A stretch of 64,000 bases of DNA from contig JARGFH010000012.1 in the NCBI GenBank assembly GCA_029210695.1, positions 1-64,000 of the forward strand, in the 5' to 3' direction. Of this stretch, positions 1-9,683 are shown one piece after another (within the stretch, counting starts at the first letter, position 1; every line of letters starts with the position of its first letter). The notes under the pieces were generated by a model. It saw only the letters and a list, made by a program, of their open reading frames with translations, was not told the DNA's origin and searched no databases. A program made the position numbers and the translations under genes. This stretch comes from Acidimicrobiia bacterium. Its GTDB lineage: Bacteria > Actinomycetota > Acidimicrobiia > Spongiisociales > JAHEDJ01.

Positions 1-45
1 GGCATCGACGATGAGCGGCTTCACGAACTGGGCTGGGACTGATCG

Positions 46-438
46 TCAGGACCGACGAGTCCTGGGAATCCCCGCCTGCTTCAGGACGGCAGCCGAGACC
101 CCGATCTCTCTCCAGGCCGAATACGTGATCCCCTTTCGATCCGAATACTCAGCGGCGCACTCGACAAAGGCAGCCTCGAGTGCGGCGAAATCGATCTCCT
201 CAAAAGATGCGATTCGTTGCTCGATATCGATACGAGTCTGCATCAAATCAACCCGTTTCAACGGATCGACTTCTTCACCAATCCGGCGATTCACTTGATC
301 GAGCCTTCCGGCCAGACTTGCCAAAGTGATCGGTCGGCCGGGCCTCCGCTTTTCGAGAGCTTCGAGGTAGCGCTTGATGGCTGCCGCCTCTCGTCTGCCC
401 CGCGCCAATGCAGCCTTGTGCTCATCAGACATCGCCAT
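46..438 (-). CDS. Hypothetical basic/helical protein (130 aa), possibly DNA-binding
   Basis: ATG at 438 with GGAGG RBS; helical sequence with RRPGRP motif and basic C-terminus. Confidence 0.75.
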   Translation of the reverse strand: MAMSDEHKAALARGRREAAAIKRYLEALEKRRPGRPITLASLAGRLDQVNRRIGEEVDPLKRVDLMQTRIDIEQRIASFEEIDFAALEAAFVECAAEYSDRKGITYSAWREIGVSAAVLKQAGIPRTRRS

Positions 439-741
439 GCAACGGCCTCCTGGTTCGATCTGCCGTTCATTCTCACACGAATGCAGGCGACGGTGAACCG
501 GATCCATCATCTTCAGATCAGCATGAAGCGCCCCGGCCGGCCGAGGGCTCTGAAACTGTCGAACAGATATCCGGGCACGCGACCGAAACGTTGACCGGGT
601 TCGCATCGAAGGGCCCAATACCAATCAAACCCCCTGCCGGACGGTAAGTCAGCCCTTAGGGCATCCATCAGGACGGGTTATCGCCGCATTAACGGTGACT
701 CCGGCAACCTGTGGGACGAATCGAATCAGGGGAGACCGCCA

Positions 742-1014
742 ATGAAAGTCTGGATCGACGCCGACCTGTGCATGGGTGCAGGTACCTGCGAGCAAATCGT
801 CCCTGAAGTCTTCTACGACCGCGGTGACGGACTGTGGGCCGTCGGCGAGAGCGCCGCCCACTTTGGCGAAACCACCATCTTCGATGGACGCCCAGAATCC
901 GGACACGGACCTGCCGGCACCGAGGGCGCGGCCCGCGTGCCCCGGGAGCTCCATGGCTTGGTCAACGAAGCAGCCGAAGAATGTCCGGCCGAGTGCATCT
1001 ATCTCGAGGTCTAA
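742..1014 (+). CDS. Ferredoxin, probably [3Fe-4S]
   Basis: MKVWIDADLC-MGAGT-C...CPAECI (CxxAxxC..CP); GGGGAG RBS. Confidence 0.9.
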   Translation: MKVWIDADLCMGAGTCEQIVPEVFYDRGDGLWAVGESAAHFGETTIFDGRPESGHGPAGTEGAARVPRELHGLVNEAAEECPAECIYLEV

Positions 1015-1054
1015 CCCCTCCTACCCCACCGGTAACTCGAACGAGGAGACGCCA

Positions 1055-1594
1055 ATGAACGCACCTACCCAACGCAAGAACTTCCTCATCGCGCTACTGA
1101 TCGGCGCACTCGCCGTTCCGCTGCTGGCGCTGGCTGCCAATGGACTGATCGAAGGAAACGGTTCGCAGGATCAAGCGGACGAGCCAGAGGTCGCATCGCT
1201 CAGCCCGCTTCTCACCGAATCGATCGAGAAGGTAGTAGACACCGACCGCCAGGTCGACGAACCAACCGAGGACTACTTGGCGGCCGCCTGCGGATCAGAC
1301 GGAATGGCGCTGGTTGACAAAGAGACCGACGGGTCGATCGACGCGATCGAGCAGGCCGCGCTCGACGCGTTGCGTCCCATCTGTGATGAAGCGGGATTGA
1401 CGCTTCCCGACGCTGCTGAGGTCGCCCCGGTCGTGCAGAAAGTCGTGGTAGTCGAACAAGCCCCTGCCCCTGCTCCTGCCACAAGCGTGGATGACGGCGG
1501 AGCGGAATCCGGGAGCGATGACGGCTACGAATCGAAGGATCACGAGGACGAGAAGCACGAAGAAGACGAGGAAGACGAAGAGGACGACCATTGA
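1055..1594 (+). CDS. Exported/membrane-anchored protein with acidic His-containing tail
   Basis: GAGGAG RBS, N-terminal hydrophobic helix, two Cys, DHEDEKHEEDEEDEEDDH tail. Confidence 0.8.
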   Translation: MNAPTQRKNFLIALLIGALAVPLLALAANGLIEGNGSQDQADEPEVASLSPLLTESIEKVVDTDRQVDEPTEDYLAAACGSDGMALVDKETDGSIDAIEQAALDALRPICDEAGLTLPDAAEVAPVVQKVVVVEQAPAPAPATSVDDGGAESGSDDGYESKDHEDEKHEEDEEDEEDDH

Positions 1595-1947
1595 CCATGA
1601 GTAGGAGATTGGAAGCGGCGATCACTGTGATCGCCGCCGGTCTCGCCCTGTTCGGCGCGGTGTACTACACACTCGGCATCGTCGGAACCCCGACGGAGGA
1701 CCAGACGGCGAGAAAAGCCGGCCTCGAGACCGCCTTCTCGCCAGACGTGTCGACTACTACGTCGACCAACCCTCTGGAGATCGCCGAACTGCCCGACGCC
1801 GTGTCCAACGTCCTCGCTGAGAACGGGTTCACGGAAAAGCTGAGCGAATCCGCTCTGACTGCAGAACTCTCCGAGTCGATCGTCAAGGTGCTGGTGGCGA
1901 ACGACGCGGTGCTGCGGGTGGCCGACGAGTCTGGTGGTGAACGATGA
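1591..1947 (+). CDS. Small single-TM hypothetical protein
   Basis: Overlaps upstream stop (TTGA; alternative ATG at 1597); N-terminal TM helix. Confidence 0.75.
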   Translation: MTMSRRLEAAITVIAAGLALFGAVYYTLGIVGTPTEDQTARKAGLETAFSPDVSTTTSTNPLEIAELPDAVSNVLAENGFTEKLSESALTAELSESIVKVLVANDAVLRVADESGGER

Positions 1948-2264
1948 TCCGGAAGCGGTTCCCAACGATCCGAACGACGAGGATTGCCGCCTGGACTACG
2001 GTCGCAGTCGCCTGGGCGGTAGCAATCGTCGGACGGCAGATGGAGGCTCCGGCGCAAGAGGATCTCACCGTCGCGCCCGAAACCACCCCGGCCACGGCGC
2101 CGGCCGCCGAGACCGCCACCACCATGCCGACCCTCCCCGAGGACGGTCTGGTGGTCATCCGCTACACGCCGGCTCCGCCCCCACCTCCCACCGTTGTTCG
2201 GCAGGTGGTCGTCCAGGCGGGTCCGGCGCCGTCGCCAACGGTTTCGACGAGCCAGGGCTCATGA
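1944..2264 (+). CDS. Single-TM Pro/Thr/Ala-rich protein ending STSQGS (candidate flavinylation substrate)
   Basis: ATGA coupling on both sides; TM helix plus low-complexity linker. Confidence 0.75.
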   Translation: MIRKRFPTIRTTRIAAWTTVAVAWAVAIVGRQMEAPAQEDLTVAPETTPATAPAAETATTMPTLPEDGLVVIRYTPAPPPPPTVVRQVVVQAGPAPSPTVSTSQGS

Positions 2265-3104
2265 TCGCCGCATCGTTCCGGGCAATGGGCACCAGCGTCC
2301 AGGTGACGGTGGGTCGGCAAGAGGACATCGCCGCCACGCAGGATCTATTCGAAGAGGTGGAACGCCGCTGCAGCCGATTCCGACCTACCAGCGAGCTGTC
2401 CAACCTCAACAACGCCGACGCAAGCAGCGTCGTGGTCTCCAAACCGATGGCAGAGGTATTGCAGATCGCCGCGGACTTGAGGGAACGTACCGGCGGTCTG
2501 GTCGACGCAGGACTAGGTGCGGCGGTCTCCGCGTGGGGCTACGACCGTAGCTTCGACACAATCGACGAAGCGCCGACGCCTACCCCGATCGACTCGCATC
2601 CGGTGTGGTCGATGTCGGGGAATCGCCTCCACCGATCACCAGGCACCCAAATCGATCTAGGCGGAGTTGCCAAAGGCTGGGCATGCGACCAGGCGGTGGA
2701 GAGTGGGCGGTCCATCATCGTCAACGCCGGGGGCGATGTCCCGTTCCGGGAGTTCCGAGGCCCTGGTCGACATCATCGATCCCTGGGGGCATCGAGTCGC
2801 CCGGGTGCCACTCGGTGTCGGAGCGCTGGCCACCAGTTCGACCACACGCCGGCGTTGGAAGATCCCGGGCGGCGAAGCGCACCACCTCATCGACCCGCGC
2901 ACGCTGGCCCCGGCGGTCTCGCCAATCATCAGCGCCACAGCCATTGCCGCCACGGCCGTCGAAGCAGGAGCCAAGGTTATGTTGCTGCACGGATCCGATG
3001 GTTTGGTATGGGCGGCTGCTCAACCGTGGATCAAGGGAGCATTGGCGATTTGGGCGGAGGGCAGCGTCTACGCAACCAACGGCTGGCGGTTGGTTGCCGC
3101 ATGA
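2261..3104 (+). pseudogene. apbE: FAD:protein FMN transferase (ApbE family), split by a +1 frameshift at ~2740-2742
   Basis: FRAMGT, SRFRPTSELS, IDLGGVAKG, VNAGGD in one frame; ALATSS and HHLIDPRT in another; extra C in GTCCCGT; may be a sequencing error. Confidence 0.85.
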
Positions 3105-3712
3105 CCTGGATCGTGATTCGCGCCGCCGGGTTCGTCGCCTACCTGCTCCTCGCACTGTCGGCCATCTGGGGCCTCGTCGTCTCAACGGACCTGCTGGGCA
3201 GGAGCGCTTCGAAGAAGACCCTTACCTTCATGCACGAATCCCTGGCGGTCGGTTCGTTGTTGGCGACCGCCGTTCACATGCTATTTCTCTATCTGGATGA
3301 GTTCGTCGAATTCGGACCGAAGGACCTCTTCGTTCCCGGGGTCTCAGAATGGGAGCCCTTGTCGGTGGCCTTCGGCGTCGTCGCCTTCTACGGCCTCGTG
3401 CTCATCACTGTCAGCTTCTACGTCCGCAAGTTCATCGGGCAGAAGGCCTGGCGCTTCACCCACTTCGGCTCTTTCGGTGTATTCGTCGGGGCCGCCACCC
3501 ACGGCATCATGGCCGGAACCGACACCGCAACCCCGGTCGGGATCGGCATCTACGCCGGGAGCATTGTCATCACCCTGGCGTTGGCGGTAGTGCGCACGCT
3601 CATGACCGGTGCGCCCTTTCAACCGGCCGGGCGAACTCCGCGTCCGAGACCGCCGTCCGCAGCCGACCCGGTCGAAACGCTGCCTTCCGATTCGCTGCCG
3701 CTACCTCGGTAG
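3101..3712 (+). CDS. Ferric reductase-like (MsrQ-type) transmembrane heme protein
   Basis: WIVIRAAG start, ~6 TM helices, His residues (MHESL, VHML, WRFTH, THG); ATGA overlap with apbE. Confidence 0.85.
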   Translation: MTWIVIRAAGFVAYLLLALSAIWGLVVSTDLLGRSASKKTLTFMHESLAVGSLLATAVHMLFLYLDEFVEFGPKDLFVPGVSEWEPLSVAFGVVAFYGLVLITVSFYVRKFIGQKAWRFTHFGSFGVFVGAATHGIMAGTDTATPVGIGIYAGSIVITLALAVVRTLMTGAPFQPAGRTPRPRPPSAADPVETLPSDSLPLPR

Positions 3713-3796
3713 GCTCGTCGGTCGCCATCCCGCGCGATCGGCCGGGACCGTACAATCCGATCGGTGGTCGTCCGGGAAGCAGGCAAGGAGAGCTCC

Positions 3797-4402
3797 ATGG
3801 AACCGAAGATGCAGATCGCGGTGCAGCAACTTGCGCGTATGCGCGGCATGACCGCCATGTATCACCGACAGTTCTTCGCGGACGTCCGGTTCACGCTCGT
3901 TATCGGCATCGGGACCGTGGTCGTGGCGGTTGTGTACGACCGGCGCCTCATCGCCTTCTTGCCGATCATCGCGCTGATCGGCGCTGCGCAGACCGCCTTC
4001 GACGCCTCCTACCTGATCTTCGCCCGTCATTACGCCCGCAGCCTGGAGGGATACCTCAACCGGACGCTCAAAGAGGAAATCCTGGTGGCGGCCCGACTGG
4101 AGGACGCCTATCTCTTCCCCCTCGATCGGCCGAAGCTCGTCACACTGCCGTTGTCGGGAGGCCTCACCTGGTTCGGGTTCATGACTGCCCTCTACACCGC
4201 ATTCGGTGTGGGATTCTTTGTCGTCGGCATGATCCTCGCCTATGACGCGCTGCCGGCGCAGTGGAACGACGTGTACCTTGGGGTCATGGCATTGGTGACC
4301 GCCATCTCCTTCGCGGTCGGCTGGATGTGGTTCTGGAGAGGCGAAGGCGAAGCACGTCTGCGGGCGATTCTCGACGACTACCCGTCGTCGGTCGACGGAT
4401 GA
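3797..4402 (+). CDS. Hypothetical 4-TM membrane protein
   Basis: AAGGAG RBS; four hydrophobic segments. Confidence 0.75.
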   Translation: MEPKMQIAVQQLARMRGMTAMYHRQFFADVRFTLVIGIGTVVVAVVYDRRLIAFLPIIALIGAAQTAFDASYLIFARHYARSLEGYLNRTLKEEILVAARLEDAYLFPLDRPKLVTLPLSGGLTWFGFMTALYTAFGVGFFVVGMILAYDALPAQWNDVYLGVMALVTAISFAVGWMWFWRGEGEARLRAILDDYPSSVDG

Positions 4403-4479
4403 CCGGCGGTCCTGGGGGTGATCCCCCATAGCCGTTCGAGCCGCCGGGATGCACAATCCCTACATATGGAGGGAGCGGT

Positions 4480-5688
4480 ATGACCGACACACAACAGCCC
4501 AAACAACGAAGGTGGCCGCAAAGGGCACTGATCGGCCTCGTAGCGTTCGCAGTGGTATTCCACCTGGCCGGTGGCTGGTACTTCTCCGGTTTGATCCGAT
4601 CTGACGGCCTCGAACCGCGAGCTCCGCAACACGACTTCGGCGTTCGAGTGGCCGAGATTGGAGAGTCTTCGATCGTGCTCGACGGAACCGACCGGGGGAT
4701 GATCGAAAGCCCGGGCACGTTCGGGTTGTGGTGGGAAGGCGGCTACGGGCAGGTGGGGACCATCCGATCGAATAACGACGGGGCCATCCTGAGAGATTTC
4801 ACAACCCTCTCCGGTGGCCCACCGCCCATCTGCCTGAAAGAGGATCTGGACCAATGCACGGAAGTCGACCTCGAAGGCTACGCGTTCCCAACCGACCCGT
4901 CTGATGTCGGCCTGGCCTTCGAAGAGGTCACCTACCCCTCACCCCTCGGCCCGATGGGAGCCTGGTTGGTCCCACCGACCGACGGGAGTGTCACGATCTG
5001 GGCAATACACATGCATGGATGGCGCGCCGAACGGCGCGAGACCGTGCGAATGCTGCCCACGTACGCGGCGGCCGGAATCACCTCCCTGGTGATCGACTAT
5101 CGCAACGACCCTGATGCGCCCGCCGATCCGAGCGGTTTGTACAAATTTGGCCGAACCGAATGGCAAGACGCCGAGGCAGCAGTCCAATACGCTCTCGACC
5201 ACGGCGCCGATCACGTGATTCTGGCCGGCTACAGCACCGGCGCAACTGCGGAGATGTCCTTCCTCGAATCGTCACCACTCGCAGATCGTATAGCGGGTGT
5301 GGTGTTCGACTCGCCCAACCTCGATTTCGGTCGAGCGGTTTCTGAAGAAGCATCCAAACGAATGATTCCCGGCACCCCCATTCCTTTGCCGGGCACGTTG
5401 ACATTCACGGCCAAGTGGATTGCAGACCTGCGATTCGATGTCGACTGGGGAGCCATCAACTACGTCGATCGAGACGGAATCCTGACCGTACCCACGTTGG
5501 TGTTCCACGGCGCCGACGACCAGACGGTCCCTCTCTCGGTTTCCGAAGATCTCGAGAAGCTGTACCCGGATCTGGTGACCCTGGTAGTCACCGATGAGGC
5601 CGACCACGTAGGGAGCTGGAACGTCGACCGGGAACGCTACACAGCGATCCTGGCTGCCTATCTTTCCACGGTAACGACGGACAACTGA
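4480..5688 (+). CDS. Membrane-anchored alpha/beta hydrolase
   Basis: HG-W oxyanion motif, GYSTG nucleophile, HGADD-VP, DHVGSW; N-terminal TM. Confidence 0.88.
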   Translation: MTDTQQPKQRRWPQRALIGLVAFAVVFHLAGGWYFSGLIRSDGLEPRAPQHDFGVRVAEIGESSIVLDGTDRGMIESPGTFGLWWEGGYGQVGTIRSNNDGAILRDFTTLSGGPPPICLKEDLDQCTEVDLEGYAFPTDPSDVGLAFEEVTYPSPLGPMGAWLVPPTDGSVTIWAIHMHGWRAERRETVRMLPTYAAAGITSLVIDYRNDPDAPADPSGLYKFGRTEWQDAEAAVQYALDHGADHVILAGYSTGATAEMSFLESSPLADRIAGVVFDSPNLDFGRAVSEEASKRMIPGTPIPLPGTLTFTAKWIADLRFDVDWGAINYVDRDGILTVPTLVFHGADDQTVPLSVSEDLEKLYPDLVTLVVTDEADHVGSWNVDRERYTAILAAYLSTVTTDN

Positions 5689-5742
5689 GCCGAGCGCCGG
5701 CTCGCCTTGTGGGCACCAGGACGAGGATCCGCCGGGCAATGC

Positions 5743-6471
5743 TCAGTCGGACTCTGACAAAGCGGGCTTCCTCAGCAGTGCAAAGAGGCTCCTGGCCAGC
5801 GAAGGGGTCCTCTCGTCGTCTGCCCCGGCTCGTTCCCGATCGGGGGCTACCGACCGCAACCGGGTGTCGACGGGTTGGTCGGACGGCGGGACGTCGCTAC
5901 CCCGGACGAACAGCGATACGAACTGAGGGCTCGAGAGGAGTCGGAACTCTGAATACACGTGGCTGAAACCCGCAGGTCCGGCGATAGCACGGAGCCGCGC
6001 CGGCCACAACCACTGGCAGTGGACCTGCCGCGCCTTGAACGGATTGCCATGCAGCACGATTGCCGTTGGAATGGCCCACGATCCCTGGATCGGTTCCGCC
6101 GGGTAAATGAATAGGGCCCGGCCACCAGGTTTGAGCACCCGGGCCATCTCGTCGAATGCCCCCCGAATGTCAGGGATGTGCTCGATCGCATGCACCGACA
6201 CGACCTTGTCGAAACTCGCTCCGGGGAACTGCAGCGACTCGGCGAGCATCGTCGACACCCCGGATGTCACTGCGTTTGCTGCGGCGTGAGGGTTGGAATC
6301 GATACCAATAGCATCGGCTCCGAAGTCCCTGAGACGCTTGGTGAGATGTCCGCGTCCGCAACCTACTTCGAGGACCCGATCACCCGTTTTCAGATCGAGG
6401 TGGTGTTTGACCGTCTCCAGATGCCGGCTATCCCAGCGGTTGAGGGACGCGTACTGCTCTGAGTCATACAT
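5743..6471 (-). CDS. Class I SAM-dependent methyltransferase
   Basis: VLEVGCGRG, FDKV, EH, RVLKPGG motifs; start uncertain (6471 or 6546). Confidence 0.85.
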   Translation of the reverse strand: MYDSEQYASLNRWDSRHLETVKHHLDLKTGDRVLEVGCGRGHLTKRLRDFGADAIGIDSNPHAAANAVTSGVSTMLAESLQFPGASFDKVVSVHAIEHIPDIRGAFDEMARVLKPGGRALFIYPAEPIQGSWAIPTAIVLHGNPFKARQVHCQWLWPARLRAIAGPAGFSHVYSEFRLLSSPQFVSLFVRGSDVPPSDQPVDTRLRSVAPDRERAGADDERTPSLARSLFALLRKPALSESD

Positions 6472-6567
6472 CTGTGTCGATCCCCATGATGAATAGTTGT
6501 GCCAAGGCGCTGCGCGTTCGGGACACGTGGTCGTGTCAATGGCCATCTATCCAACCCCGCCAACTCC

Positions 6568-8135
6568 ATGATACCCACCGCACAGGCAATGCTTTCCTGG
6601 GCGCTCACGAACGCGGCGAACCACACCCCCAACGAGCCGAGTTGCCGCAGCTTTCCGCCTTTACCGGTCCGCTTGTTCGAGCGGGTGTGCCGCCCGGACC
6701 GACCAGCTCACCAAGTGAGGCGACTGCCAGCCACTCGGTTGAAGGCCGCCGGTGCCGCAGCGGGACTCGTCGTGGTTGCCATCGCGGCCGTCGTGGCCCT
6801 CAATCCGTTGGGATCGGAAGCGCCTTTTGTCGAGCAACCGGCCACCGTGCCGACCGCCGCGACGCAACCCACCACGAACACAGAAGCGGCCTCGGCCGAC
6901 ACCACAGGGGCCGCCCCGACCACCACTACCGAGGCCGCCATGCCTGCACCGGTGGCGATGGCCTGGACCCGAATCGAGTCCGACGTCTTCGGTGGGTCCG
7001 GGCAGCAGGAGATAACCGACATCGCCGTCGGTGGGTCGGGGTTGTTGGTGGCGGTCGGTTCAGACGGCTCGGTGGTGATGATGATGCCGCGGTCTGGTAT
7101 TCGAGCGACGGACGGGCCTGGAACAAGGTTGCCCACGACGAGTCGGTCTTTGGGGGTCCGGGGGATCAGTACATGGGGGCCGTTGCGGCCGGCGGGCCGG
7201 GGTTCGTGGCTGTGGGTGAAGAGGACTCGGAAGACGGAACCACCGGCGTGGCTGCCGTATGGATTTCCGAAGATGGGATCGGCTGGAGCCGGGTACCCCA
7301 CGACGAGGCCACCTTCGGCGGCGAAGAGAACACCAACGTCTTCATGAAGGACGTCACCGCCTTCGGGTCGGGTCTCGTGGCCGTGGGGATGGAGTGGGAG
7401 GGAAGCTCTGCAGACGCGGCTTCATGGACCTCGACCGACGGAATCACCTGGGAACGTGTCTCATCCGACGAGGCGGTATTCGGAGGGCCTCAAAATCAGG
7501 TCATGTGGGCAGTAGTGCCGGCCGGCCCCGGACTCGTGGCGGTCGGACAGGGTGGTGATGGGGCCGGGGAAAGTGGCCCGGGCCAGCCGGCAGCCGTGTG
7601 GGTGTCAACCGACGGCCGGGACTGGTCGCGGGTGCCCGAGCAGGCGGCGTTGCTGAGCGGATACCCGGCCGGAGGACCCGGCACTGGAGACTGGGCACGC
7701 ATGGACGACGTGATCGTCGGTGGTTCCGGCCTCGTGGCCGTAGGTCGCGTGGGCAAGTGTCCGGAGTTGCTCTCGCCCTGCACCGGGGATGCGGCAATCT
7801 GGACCTCAGCAGACGGCGTGACCTGGGAACGGAGCACCGTCGAGCAGGCAGTCGGCATCCCCTTCGACCACATCTTCGGGGTGAGCAGTTTCGGCGACCG
7901 TCTGGTTGCGACCGGGTCTGGCCTCGCCGCCGACGTACAGCTTGGGCCGGCCGTGGTGTGGACCTCGACCGATGGAGGCCGGACCTGGGATCGCGTACTC
8001 AGCGCCGCCGCCTTCGGGAAGATGAACGAAGGGCCGAATTACATATATGCCTCGGTCGAGTTCGAGTCCAGGTTGATCGCAGTTGGCAGCTGGGGGTCGG
8101 ACGCCGCCATATGGATCGCCACCAACGAAGAGTGA
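6568..8135 (+). pseudogene. Membrane-anchored Asp-box/BNR beta-propeller protein, -1 frameshift at ~7071
   Basis: TM plus Thr-rich linker in one frame; six AAVWxSxDGxxW-type repeats in the next frame; missing G in TCGGTGGT; start uncertain. Confidence 0.75.
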
Positions 8136-8158
8136 CCCGCCTCGAAAGGAGTTCGACG

Positions 8159-8701
8159 ATGAAGAAGACGATGAGCGTGCTTTTGGCACTTGGGATCTTG
8201 GTGACCGTTCCGGCATCGGCAAGTGCGAAAAAGCCGGTGCCTCCACCGGGACCGGAGCCGATGATTGGCCTCACGTGTGAAGAGTGGACCTTCGATCCCG
8301 AGCTCTTGCAGATCGACTCCGTCGAGGACGACTTTGATCTGGTCCTCGGATTTGATCCGGTCCTCGGCGAAGACAACCCGCCGGCGGCCTGCGTCGATGT
8401 CGTCTCGCTGCCAGGCACCTGGCGGATTCGTATCGATGCGGTGTCGGCAGCGTCTCTGCAGGTCCACGTGAAGGACAGTGTCCCCGGCGACTTCTGTTAC
8501 CGCGAGAGCTTCGGAAAGAAGACGAACCCCATTCCCGATACGATCGACGTCGAAACCCCCGCCGCGGCCATCGATGCCTGCACTGACGGTGAAGTCGGCC
8601 TAGCAGCCGACCAGGACGCCGCCCTGGTGTTCATGGTGGCCTACACCCCCGAAAGGAAGACGACCGGCTCAAAAGTGACGATCAAAGTCGACCTTCCGTG
8701 A
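8159..8701 (+). CDS. Secreted hypothetical protein
   Basis: AAAGGAG RBS; signal peptide MKKTMSVLL...ASA; four Cys. Confidence 0.8.
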   Translation: MKKTMSVLLALGILVTVPASASAKKPVPPPGPEPMIGLTCEEWTFDPELLQIDSVEDDFDLVLGFDPVLGEDNPPAACVDVVSLPGTWRIRIDAVSAASLQVHVKDSVPGDFCYRESFGKKTNPIPDTIDVETPAAAIDACTDGEVGLAADQDAALVFMVAYTPERKTTGSKVTIKVDLP

Positions 8702-8850
8702 GCCGCAGCTTCGTCGAACGCCTCCACTCGACGATGGTCTCGATCGCGATGCAGCCGATCGCCTCGACGAATCCTGGCCCGGGAGCGTGACGGACCCACG
8801 ACGGACCCAGGCACCGTAGACCATCGACAAACCTGCCACCCAGGTAGCAG

Positions 8851-8876
8851 GAAACCCCCAAATCATTGGGGGTTTC
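8851..8876 (-). terminator. Hairpin downstream of the tRNA operon
   Basis: GAAACCCCCAA-atca-TTGGGGGTTTC inverted repeat next to the tRNA-Val 3' end. Confidence 0.7.
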
Positions 8877-8878
8877 TC

Positions 8879-8953
8879 TGGTGGGCCCTGAAGGATTTGA
8901 ACCTTCGACCTCTTCCGCGTCAGGGAAGCGCTCTCCCCCTGAGCTAAGGGCCC
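8879..8953 (-). tRNA. tRNA-Val(GAC)
   Basis: Cloverleaf GGGCCCT...AGGGCCCACCA, anticodon loop CTGACGC, T-loop GTTCAAAT, encoded CCA. Confidence 0.95.
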
Positions 8954-8980
8954 TTATGCAGCGAGTATATACCTCGCTCG

Positions 8981-9052
8981 AGGCGACGACCGGAATCGAA
9001 CCGGTGTAACGGGTTTTGCAGACCCGTGCCTAAACCACTCGGCCACGTCGCC
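8981..9052 (-). tRNA. tRNA-Cys(GCA)
   Basis: GGCGACG acceptor stem, CTGCAAA anticodon loop, GGTTCGATTCC. Confidence 0.95.
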
Positions 9053-9085
9053 GCAATCAGCCAGGACGGCAAGGACCGTCCTCAG

Positions 9086-9158
9086 AGCGGAAGACGGGAC
9101 TCGAACCCGCGACCTCAACCTTGGCAAGGTTGCGCTCTACCAGCTGAGCTACTTCCGC
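9086..9158 (-). tRNA. tRNA-Gly(GCC)
   Basis: GCGGAAG acceptor stem, TTGCCAA anticodon loop, GGTTCGAGTCC. Confidence 0.95.
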
Positions 9159-9199
9159 GTGCCGGGCATTGTAACCCGACGCCGCCGACTGACCCAACG

Positions 9200-9628
9200 T
9201 CAACTCCCGGTCGAACCGAACCCCCCGGTGCCCCGATCGGTGTCGGGCAGTTCGTCGACCTCCACCCAGTCCTGAACCGCCACCGGCACGACCACGAGTT
9301 GGGCAATTCGCTCACCGCGACTCACGTTCACCCCTTCGTCCCCATGGTTGACGAGGACGACTTTGATCTCGCCCCGATACCCGGCATCAATGAGGCCGGG
9401 GCCGTTGACCACGCCAAATCCGTGCCGGATCGCCAGACCGCTCCGGGGAACCACCAGGCCGGCGAAGCCGACGGGCACAGCCACGGCCACGCCCGTCGGA
9501 ACCAGGGCGCGTTCTCCGGGCTCGAGCCGGAAGTCCGTCCGGGCATACAAATCAACACCCCCGTCGCCCGGATGAGCGTGATGGGGCGTAGGTAGTTCCG
9601 AATCGAGCTTCAGGTAACTAATCTGCAT
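9200..9628 (-). CDS. dut: dUTP diphosphatase
   Basis: GVDL, PRSGLA, GLIDAGYRGEI, RIAQL, RGTGGFGSTG. Confidence 0.96.
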   Translation of the reverse strand: MQISYLKLDSELPTPHHAHPGDGGVDLYARTDFRLEPGERALVPTGVAVAVPVGFAGLVVPRSGLAIRHGFGVVNGPGLIDAGYRGEIKVVLVNHGDEGVNVSRGERIAQLVVVPVAVQDWVEVDELPDTDRGTGGFGSTGS

Positions 9629-9683
9629 GGCGATAACAAGGTTCGTGGGGCTTTCATCGGGTGGAGAGTCATGGAGAGTCCAC

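Noticed and set aside
1934..3712. 592-aa ORF as an ApbE-ferric reductase fusion
   Set aside because: Artefact of the frameshift; the middle section is off-frame ApbE C-terminus
5743..8878. Intact integrative element at tRNA-Val
   Set aside because: No integrase, att duplication or obvious compositional shift seen
9026..9595. ORFs overlapping the tRNAs and dut
   Set aside because: Spurious translations of tRNA or antisense sequence
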